NCBI GenBank assembly: GCA_964415025.1
Contig: CAYPXF010000004.1
Coordinates: 9,138-73,137, forward strand
Source: an uncultured Gammaproteobacteria bacterium
Lineage (GTDB): Bacteria; Patescibacteriota; Patescibacteriia; UBA10025; JAHIVO01
Length of the DNA: 64,000 nt
Direction: 5' to 3'
Part shown: piece after piece, positions 57,148 to 64,000 of the stretch
How the letters are laid out: the number at the start of each line of letters is the position of its first letter
How positions within the stretch are numbered: position 1 is the first letter of the stretch
Program-made: the position numbers and the translations under genes
The notes under the pieces: generated by a model
The model's input: only the letters and a program-made list of their open reading frames with translations
Databases searched by the model: none
Told to the model about the DNA's origin: nothing

Positions 57148-57213
57148 GGCTCGAGAGGAGTCGCTGTGTCCGCCTTTGGCTACGCCGCAGGCACAGCAGG
57201 CGGGGGCGGGCTA
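57148..57213. repeat. Direct repeat copy 1; on the minus strand it contains a tRNA 3'-end-like fragment (GACTCCTCTCGAGCC)
   Basis: The core GGCTCGAGAGGAGTCGCTGTGTCCGCCTTTGGCTACGCCGCAGGC ... GGCGGGCTA is shared with 57670-57730. In the minus sense the copy-1 fragment (GACTCCTCTCGAGCC) matches the last 15 nt of tRNA-Val(GAC) except for one C fewer at the 3' end. Confidence 0.5.
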
Positions 57214-57530
57214 ACTCCCGACGTTCCGACATACGTCGGGAGTCGGGATCCCGATTTCGCTTTTGGCGAACATCGGGACTACCGTTCACTATTTTGTAAA
57301 TTATTTTTTTATTCTTCTTGGCTTTTAAAAAACGTTCCCTTTTATAGGCCGACTGAATATCCGGATATTCCTCTATACCTACTAATTTCCAGGGACGCCA
57401 TGGCTTTGTTGATTTAGAAAAAGCCTTGATTGTGTTCCCAGAAACGTTTCTGAACGCGACTGCTCGTACCTATATAATACCGCTCATCTTTTTCGCTTTG
57501 TAAAAAATATACAGCATGCATAGTATTAAA

Positions 57531-57604
57531 TGGGCTCGAGAGGAGTCGAACCTCTGACCTCTACCGTGTCGAGGTAGCGCTCTAACCAACTGAGCTACGA
57601 GCCC
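57531..57604 (-). tRNA. tRNA-Val (anticodon GAC), no CCA encoded
   Basis: Minus-strand sense: GGGCTCGTAGCTCAGTTGGTTAGAGCGCTACCTCGACACGGTAGAGGTCAGAGGTTCGACTCCTCTCGAGCCCA. The anticodon loop is TCGACAC. Confidence 0.85.
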
Positions 57605-57669
57605 GTGCAATATTTTTAAAAACCGACAGCTCTATGGACCGCTTCGCCTGTTGCCAAGAACTTTCTGGT

Positions 57670-57730
57670 GGGGACGAGAGGAGTCGCTGTTTCCGCCTTT
57701 GGCTACGCCGCAGGCGTGCCGGGCGGGCTA
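57670..57730. repeat. Direct repeat copy 2 (CGAGAGGAGTCGCTGTTTCCGCCTTTGGCTACGCCGCAGGC...GGGCGGGCTA)
   Basis: It is about 90% identical to copy 1 over the 41-nt core. In the minus sense it reads ...GACUCCUCUCGUCCCCACCA, a tRNA 3'-end-like fragment with CCA. Confidence 0.5.
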
Positions 57731-57736
57731 GCTTCA

Positions 57737-57843
<107 letters not shown>

Positions 57844-58041
57844 CAAGACTAATCTAATCACCCTCAAATCAACTAATCAACTGAAAAGGTACGCGGGTAG
57901 GATTGAGCCGCACAGCCATGCAACAGATGCGAGTAAGATGTTATAAAACAAGAGAATTAGAGGTATTATATCACAAAATGAGCAAAAATCAAGCACCCCT
58001 ACGGCAAGCCCTGACCGCATAACGCCAATCATAAAGCAATA

Positions 58042-60477
58042 TTAAACCTGTTTCTTTTTCTTGGATTTGCTCTTTTTTGTTGTTGCTTTTTTGGACTGCT
58101 TTTCCTGCTCTTTGGCTGATGCTTGGTTCTGCTCAATCAGCGGAGGCGGCCTAAAAACATCTGCGGATGAAGTCGGCGGTGGCGTGCTTGGTTTTGGCCG
58201 CTCTGGTGCCGGCGGTTCGGTATTAGCTCCGGTATTAATTGATTCCAGCCTGATATCCACATCCTTTTCCGTGGCTGGCGGCAGTTCAGCTTTGCGGCGG
58301 GGTTTAAGATCGGCAGTAAACCGGATATAGCCTTTTTGTTTACTTACTTTGACCGGCTTACTCTGGAATGGCTGATAACCGTTCTTAATAATCACGAGGT
58401 AGTATCTGCCCGATGACAATAAACCGTTAAACTGACCTTTTGTATTCGTAACCCGGGTCCACATCAGCCGGCTGGTATCGGCATTGTAGATACGGACCAC
58501 CGCCTGTTCTACTGGTTTGCCAGTCTCCTGATCCCTGACCAGGCCCCAGGATCTACCAAGCTTGCGCGAGGAAATAAAGTGGAACAAAATCAGGAATCCA
58601 TACAGTCCTAGGATCAGACCGTTAGCAGTAGTCGGCTTGAGGATGAGCGTGGCCCAGCTAAGTACAGTACCGGCAATGAGAAAAGGAATATTTAGTTTTT
58701 CCACGATATTGCCGAGAAGATTAACAGTACGCAGCCACCGCACTCGATCCTGCGGCACTGACTTGGTGTCCGGGTCGATCGGGATATTGGCTGATACTAA
58801 TCCTTCTTTTTCTTCTTTGATTTCAAACGTGTCACCGCGGTAGATATTTGGATATTTCGTAATCGCGGCCGTGGTCATAATCTTCGAGGGGAAGCTATAT
58901 CCCGGATGCTTGACCGTGATATAGTACACGCCTTTTTCTACCAAAAATCCGAACCGCCCGCCCTTATCAGTAATACTGCTGGACTTCAGCTTATTAAACT
59001 CCCGGGAAAAAATCCGTACGACTGCTCGGCTCACCGGCTCGCCGGTGATACTGTCAAAGACTGTACCCCAGGGTTTGCGTTTCTTGCTCAAAGATATCGG
59101 CACCAGCCAGAAATACCCGAACCGGAATAATAAATACGCCAGATGCGGAATCTGCGTCGAGCCAGATGCTGAAGAAGCTATACCGGCTGCCACGACTATC
59201 GCACTGGTCGTAACGACTGGTTCAGCTACGTCGTCAACAACTCTTTTGGCTGTCTTATTTTCACGGACTTTTTTTACTGTTTCGCCAATCTGGCGTGCCA
59301 CGTTTTTAATCGGCTCCGGTGCCAGTTTATCAAACTGCTCGGATATCCGGTCCGATAAATTCTTTTTCTCCTCTTCAGTTGCTTCCTCATCCGCGTCTGT
59401 ATCAGCGGGAAGCGGCTCACCAGGCGAATAGACGGTAAAGCTGTTTTCCGCTTGAGTGACATTATCGGCCTGGTCATATGCTTTGGCAATGACAGAGTGA
59501 CGGCCGAGTGGCAGCTCGGGTAAGGTATACGGCGTGGTTTCTCCGACGTCAAGCCCGACCGCGCTGCCGCTATCAACGATTACATCATAATGATGAATAC
59601 CAGAGGTGGCGTCAGTAGTCTCAAAACTGATTTGCGGGGTTGTATCTGTCGTCCGCTTGCCATCGAGCAGGTCAATACTAAATGCCGCTGGCGGCGTTGC
59701 GTCAATGTTTACCTGATAATGGGCCGCCGGGCCCCAGCCATCACTGTTTTGGGCCCGCACGTGGAAATACCACGTCCCATCGCCAGTGCCGGCAAAACTA
59801 ACGCCAGCATCAGTCGTATCCCTGACTTGGTCAGGTACTGTTGCCGGCTGGTCATCATACACATAGCTGAATCCGGTTACGCCGTTTTCCCTGTTCCAGG
59901 AAAAGGCGCTGTCTGATACATTGTACCAAAGCGCTTGCTCTGGATGAGTGGTCGACGTGATGGTCGGCGCAGCTGGTAATTCAAGCTCTTCTGGTTCAGG
60001 TGCCGCGCTGATTACATATGATCCGCCGCTGGCTCCGTCAAATACATTCGTGCCAAATCCGTCATTGGCCAGTACGGTCGCGGAACCAATGTTCACATCG
60101 GCCGTTCCTGCAGCCGTACCCTGAAACGTAATGGTAATAATTGTACCGCTGCTGCCGTTATAGCCTGGATTTGGCAAGCCGCCGGCAAAAGTAACCGTGC
60201 CGGACTCGTTTGAATACGTCGGACTGACGGGCCATAAACTAAAAACTCCGTTTTGGCTGACATTGGTAACCGTCAGCAGATTGGTCGGAAACGATATGGT
60301 CGCTTGGGCTGAATTAATCGCCGTACCGCCGGAATTCACACCGACTGATACGCTAAAACTGTCACCAACAACATGGGCGCCATCTGGCGGTGCCAGATAC
60401 AGCGAAGCAGCCCCGGCCATGCCGGGTATTAATACGCAGATAACAGCTGTGAAAATAGCTATGCCGATGTTACGCAT
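58042..60477 (-). CDS. Large surface protein with an N-terminal cohesin-like beta-sandwich, Ig-like domains, an acidic linker, a membrane-spanning region with two carboxypeptidase-regulatory-like domains and a Lys-rich C-terminal tail
   Basis: It has a signal peptide. The N-terminal domain is homologous to that of the 60489 gene (SFAGGIPN / TFAGGLPN, ITFTAKAPGGAEI / ITFQGTAAGTADV). Two CarbopepD_reg-like segments are present (GEPVSRAVVRIF...; GKPVEQAVVRIY...). Hydrophobic helices are present. Confidence 0.55.
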   Translation of the reverse strand: MRNIGIAIFTAVICVLIPGMAGAASLYLAPPDGAHVVGDSFSVSVGVNSGGTAINSAQATISFPTNLLTVTNVSQNGVFSLWPVSPTYSNESGTVTFAGGLPNPGYNGSSGTIITITFQGTAAGTADVNIGSATVLANDGFGTNVFDGASGGSYVISAAPEPEELELPAAPTITSTTHPEQALWYNVSDSAFSWNRENGVTGFSYVYDDQPATVPDQVRDTTDAGVSFAGTGDGTWYFHVRAQNSDGWGPAAHYQVNIDATPPAAFSIDLLDGKRTTDTTPQISFETTDATSGIHHYDVIVDSGSAVGLDVGETTPYTLPELPLGRHSVIAKAYDQADNVTQAENSFTVYSPGEPLPADTDADEEATEEEKKNLSDRISEQFDKLAPEPIKNVARQIGETVKKVRENKTAKRVVDDVAEPVVTTSAIVVAAGIASSASGSTQIPHLAYLLFRFGYFWLVPISLSKKRKPWGTVFDSITGEPVSRAVVRIFSREFNKLKSSSITDKGGRFGFLVEKGVYYITVKHPGYSFPSKIMTTAAITKYPNIYRGDTFEIKEEKEGLVSANIPIDPDTKSVPQDRVRWLRTVNLLGNIVEKLNIPFLIAGTVLSWATLILKPTTANGLILGLYGFLILFHFISSRKLGRSWGLVRDQETGKPVEQAVVRIYNADTSRLMWTRVTNTKGQFNGLLSSGRYYLVIIKNGYQPFQSKPVKVSKQKGYIRFTADLKPRRKAELPPATEKDVDIRLESINTGANTEPPAPERPKPSTPPPTSSADVFRPPPLIEQNQASAKEQEKQSKKATTKKSKSKKKKQV

Positions 60478-60488
60478 AGCAGCGTGTA

Positions 60489-61625
60489 TTAGTGTTTAGC
60501 ATACAAACGGAATAACAGCCATAGCAGGCACAGTATTGCCGTAAGTATTAAAATAATAAGAAAATATGTCGCTGACATGAAAAAAGGTCCGTCGTCGTCT
60601 GATCCGGCTATGACCACTGCGCGCGCACTATTACCGGCATGGTCATACGCGCGCACCACAAATCGCTTGGTCAGTGTTTGGTCAGATAGGACATAGGGAG
60701 AATCAACCGGAGAAAAAATTGTGTCATTATCTTCTACTTCATAAAAATCTATGCCTGAATCCTTATCCGTGGCAGAAAAAAGTAAAATATACTGACCAGC
60801 AAATAACGTCGGATCGCTGGTTACCCGCGTATTACTGATACGCGGCGCATCAATATCGATAAGCACCTGGCGTTTACCGATGACTTCCCATGAGGTACCA
60901 TCGGGTGATTTTGATGACAATACAAAATAATATATACCGCTTTCCAAATCCTGATACGTCACTATTCCCTCCCCAAAATCCTCGTTAGTATCAGGTAATT
61001 CGTCAGAATCCTGCGATAAAGTATAGCTGTATTGGGCATTATCATCATAGCTCCACTCTGCGGTAAACGCATCACGGGCGTACCATGTATTTTCATCCGG
61101 ATGGGTCGGTGATAAAATAGTAATTAATTTTTTATCAGCAATACTGATAACGCCCGGCTTCACGGTAAGCGGCGTAGGAGTGCCAAACCCGTCATTGAGG
61201 TGCACGCTCGAATTGTTTGTATCAAAAATGATTTCAGCGCCACCAGGGGCTTTGGCGGTAAATGTGATGGACACAACCTTGCCATCGACAACATAACTAC
61301 CGTTCGGTATGCCGCCGGCAAAACTGATAACTCCAGCCGATGGTTCGTGCGCTGGTTCCTGTGCCCAGAGCGTGAGGAAAGAGCCGGCTTTTGAAATGCT
61401 GACGACTTTTAGTAAATCTGTCGGATATTGCAGAGACCCCTGAACCGTGTTAATTACCGTATCCTCGCTGTCCAGATGTATCTCGGCCGTAAATGTCTCG
61501 CCAATATACATCTCATCATACAGCGGCTTGATCGAAAGTGTCGCCGCTGAAGCACTCATCCAAATACCTATTCCAAAAAGGCAGAGTATACTGCAGCAAA
61601 ATATTTTTATCGGCAGTAGTTTCAT
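60489..61625 (-). CDS. Cohesin-like domain surface protein with a C-terminal TM anchor
   Basis: It has a signal peptide. Cohesin-like pattern: V.I.P...E..IGETFTAEIHL.S....IN.VQGSLQYP.DLLKVVSISKAGSF..LW...P....G.ISFAGG.....Y...GKVVSITFTAKAPGGAEIIF. A C-terminal hydrophobic helix follows. Confidence 0.55.
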   Translation of the reverse strand: MKLLPIKIFCCSILCLFGIGIWMSASAATLSIKPLYDEMYIGETFTAEIHLDSEDTVINTVQGSLQYPTDLLKVVSISKAGSFLTLWAQEPAHEPSAGVISFAGGIPNGSYVVDGKVVSITFTAKAPGGAEIIFDTNNSSVHLNDGFGTPTPLTVKPGVISIADKKLITILSPTHPDENTWYARDAFTAEWSYDDNAQYSYTLSQDSDELPDTNEDFGEGIVTYQDLESGIYYFVLSSKSPDGTSWEVIGKRQVLIDIDAPRISNTRVTSDPTLFAGQYILLFSATDKDSGIDFYEVEDNDTIFSPVDSPYVLSDQTLTKRFVVRAYDHAGNSARAVVIAGSDDDGPFFMSATYFLIILILTAILCLLWLLFRLYAKH

Positions 61626-61628
61626 ATG

Positions 61629-62534
61629 TTATCCAGTCCAGTAATAAAGCATAATACTAAAGTCAATAATACTGACCAGACCGTCACTATTAATATCGGC
61701 CCGTTCATTAGCCGGATCAGTCTGGTTCCAGTAGAATAAGAGGATAGAAAAATCAACCAAATCTACATTACCGTCACAGTTTATATCTCCCGGGGATGCG
61801 CCATCGCACTGGTCGGGTTCGCCGCCGAACACGGTGAATTGGACCGTCTTACTGAATTCTGATACCGCGCTGTTGACCGGCTCGACAGCCTGGGCTTTGG
61901 CTTCGTAAACGTCAGCTACCAGGTCATCAGCCGCTACCACCTGGAGCCACCGTCCGTTCGTATCAGCATTGGCGATATGGACAGCGGTCCGCGTTTCTCC
62001 GGCTGCGGCTGCGCTGGCGCCGGTTGAAGTGAACGTGAGATTGACCTCGCTGTTTGGCGCGGTGGTACCGGACAGTGTGGCACTTTCACCCACACCTATT
62101 TCTGGATCATCAATCATAATAGTCGGACCTAAAAATATTCCGCTGATAGTCGTGGTTGTTCCCTCCGAAAGCGTCAACGTGAAATTTGAAACTTTACCCT
62201 CAATCCCCTGCTGGTCTATGCCCGCGATACGGAATGTATACGTGTCCGGATCTACGATTGCCTCTACCTGAAACTGGGCCTGGCTATTAGTAGTAATTAA
62301 AGAAATGACTGATCCGTCCTGGCTGATAGTTACAGTAGATGAGGGGTAGGCAATGCCACTGAAGACCACGATAGTATCCGGCTCCTCAAACGGGGGTTTT
62401 TCCGGCACTACTGCCGAAACGCTTATCTGCTGGGAGGCCTGCGCCCAGGCAAAAGAATATCCCGCGACCACAACGATCAACGGGATACTCACATATAGCA
62501 AAGTCTTCGTACAATAGAATACTATGTTAGCCAT
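61629..62534 (-). CDS. Secreted protein with two Ig-like domains and a C-terminal type-I-like dockerin
   Basis: Two dockerin Ca-binding segments match D.N.DG.V...D (DINCDGNVDLVDFSILLFYW and DINSDGLVSIIDFSIMLYYW), each followed by a helix. Confidence 0.65.
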   Translation of the reverse strand: MANIVFYCTKTLLYVSIPLIVVVAGYSFAWAQASQQISVSAVVPEKPPFEEPDTIVVFSGIAYPSSTVTISQDGSVISLITTNSQAQFQVEAIVDPDTYTFRIAGIDQQGIEGKVSNFTLTLSEGTTTTISGIFLGPTIMIDDPEIGVGESATLSGTTAPNSEVNLTFTSTGASAAAAGETRTAVHIANADTNGRWLQVVAADDLVADVYEAKAQAVEPVNSAVSEFSKTVQFTVFGGEPDQCDGASPGDINCDGNVDLVDFSILLFYWNQTDPANERADINSDGLVSIIDFSIMLYYWTG

Positions 62535-62537
62535 CCA

Positions 62538-63545
62538 TTATTTCAATGATTGTGATTTTTTGACTATCCAAGAATTATATTTTTTAATCCCGATCACCAG
62601 TACCAGGATAACCAGCAGCACGCCGATGCCCCAGACCGAGATCATATACCAGGGCAGCACCCAGAAGCTGGTGGTGGCTGAATCAGCCACGCTGTCAGTG
62701 GAGCCCGCGGTTACAGACAGTACGGCTGTATACCGGCCAAGACTAAAATTATTTTTCTCATTTTTGTACTCCTCCCAAAAATTGCTCCAGGAATTGCCGG
62801 TTGTCTGTACTACGGCCGCCTTTTCCCAGGTAGCCTGATATTTACGGATCGTATCCGGTAGGGTGGCGCCGTTTTTAGCATTAAACTCTATGGTATCTAC
62901 TTCCTGGCCCAGCATGTTTTTAAAGGTAATAGTGCCGGCAGGCTTGAGATGTACATTGCCTGCGTTTTGGAATCTGGCATAAAGCTCGATCGGCAGTCGG
63001 GAATATACTGTCGCGCCACTCTCGGTGCCAAATTCGGCTATAGAGCCCTGCTCGATGACTTCACCATCGACGCGTGCCAGCACCAGTGTACCGACTTTTG
63101 AGGAAATATTTACCTGGCTGTCAGCCGGCGGCGACGTGCCAAAAAATACAGTCGCATAATGCCCCCCTGGATCAGCGTTTGCCGGAGTAATGATAGTCAG
63201 CGGCACTTGGTAGCGTTCACCGGGCTGGACTGTAATCGGCCCCTCCTCTATGTCCATCCAGCTGACCAGTCCCACACTGGTATCAGTGTTAAAGTCAAAT
63301 GCAGGCCGGCCTGTCTCTCCTACCGCGCCAAAGTTGACCTTTTCTGTATAGAGCTCGATCGCAGCCGCTGTTTCATTATACAGCTTGATTTCTGTATTAT
63401 AGACAGTTCCCGGCTTGAGTCCGATCTCCAGTGACGGCGGTATCAGCGTAATAGCGTGAGCCGAACCCATACCGATAAACCATAAGCCAATGGCCAGAAC
63501 CAAGCCGATAATGCAATTTCTCATTGTACGCTGATAATTAGTCAT
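62538..63545 (-). CDS. Cell-surface protein with an N-terminal signal, beta-sandwich domains and a C-terminal TM anchor (DUF916/DUF3324-like architecture, tentative)
   Basis: It has a signal peptide and two beta-rich domains (NAGNVHLKPAGTITFKNMLGQ...) followed by a C-terminal TM plus basic tail. It is paralogous to the next gene. Confidence 0.45.
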   Translation of the reverse strand: MTNYQRTMRNCIIGLVLAIGLWFIGMGSAHAITLIPPSLEIGLKPGTVYNTEIKLYNETAAAIELYTEKVNFGAVGETGRPAFDFNTDTSVGLVSWMDIEEGPITVQPGERYQVPLTIITPANADPGGHYATVFFGTSPPADSQVNISSKVGTLVLARVDGEVIEQGSIAEFGTESGATVYSRLPIELYARFQNAGNVHLKPAGTITFKNMLGQEVDTIEFNAKNGATLPDTIRKYQATWEKAAVVQTTGNSWSNFWEEYKNEKNNFSLGRYTAVLSVTAGSTDSVADSATTSFWVLPWYMISVWGIGVLLVILVLVIGIKKYNSWIVKKSQSLK

Positions 63546-63560
63546 GGAGTAATGATTTAT

Positions 63561-64000
63561 TTATTGCCCCGGGGTCATCTGCTCTGGTTTGCCGCGTGTC
63601 AACGCCTTGATCAGTAAAGCGATCAGAATAATCAGCACGATCAACACTACCACGGCGATAATAATACCAGTGGTAGACAATACCCAAAAACTGATGGTGG
63701 CGGTATCGGTCACCGTGCCGTCAGTCAGCTGTACTTCGGCGGTGTATTTACCGAAGCTGCTGCCAACAGAGCTCCAGCTCGATACCTCAAGCGGACGTGT
63801 GTTATCCGGCAGAATAGCTACTGCCTTATCATTGACTGTCAGACTTGCGGCATTACTGCCGAACATGTTCGTGATAGTGACTGTGCCGGTTGGTTTCAGA
63901 TGGACATCACCTGTGTTTTTGTATGTCAGGTCAAATGTAATCGGCCCTGATGTGTACATGTCCTTATTATCCGCCGTAGCAAAAGCGGTAATATCGCCGC
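63561..64000 (-). CDS. Partial CDS (N-terminus beyond the window end), paralog of 62538..63545
   Basis: The frame stays open from 63959 to the window edge. The shared motif is GDVHLKPTGTVTITNMFG, and a C-terminal TM plus basic tail is present. Confidence 0.45.
   Translation of the reverse strand, partial: GDITAFATADNKDMYTSGPITFDLTYKNTGDVHLKPTGTVTITNMFGSNAASLTVNDKAVAILPDNTRPLEVSSWSSVGSSFGKYTAEVQLTDGTVTDTATISFWVLSTTGIIIAVVVLIVLIILIALLIKALTRGKPEQMTPGQ

Noticed and set aside
57166-57417. 83-aa ORF in the tRNA-linked repeat region
   Set aside because: It overlaps repeat copy 1 and the palindromes, has an odd composition and lacks an RBS. Likely non-coding.

Overview
This is a gene-dense bacterial chromosomal window with about 65 protein genes, mostly on the minus strand, mixing conserved housekeeping genes with accessory-looking surface-protein loci. 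Gene content and style suggest a small-genome, Patescibacteria/CPR-like organism, but that is an inference of low confidence.

Housekeeping genes called from motifs:
- recO, ileS, argS, hisS, glmS, glnA, htrA, nrdR, ftsZ, ftsA, ybeY, dgkA, lepB, rpsU, yqeY and a HIT-family gene.
- prfB, which carries the classic programmed +1 frameshift site (CTT TGA C with an upstream GGAGG).
- smpB immediately followed by a full tmRNA (ssrA) gene.
- The infC-rpmI-rplT operon, where infC appears to start on a non-AUG (ATA) codon.
- tRNA-Asp(GUC), tRNA-Val(GAC) and tRNA-Val(CAC).

Accessory or unusual content:
- A split ComEC (membrane channel part plus a separately translated metallo-beta-lactamase part), flanked by two diverged IS200/RAYT-like HUH tyrosine transposase genes, one of them frameshifted.
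- A translationally coupled three-gene operon of unknown proteins, preceded by a candidate operator inverted repeat.
- An SPFH/band-7 protein with a tiny two-helix membrane partner.
- A 3151-aa giant cysteine-rich surface protein preceded by three paralogous genes with TSP3-type calcium-binding repeats.
- An NHL/FG-GAP beta-propeller protein with an FN3-repeat partner.
- A terminal cohesin-dockerin surface-protein locus next to DUF916/DUF3324-like anchored proteins.

Noncoding oddities:
- Two tandem, roughly 123-nt, internally palindromic repeat units directly after the tmRNA 3' end.
- A perfect 15-bp inverted repeat that encloses tRNA-Val(CAC).
- Two direct repeats that carry tRNA 3'-end fragments, possibly integration scars.

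I found no rRNA genes and no CRISPR array.
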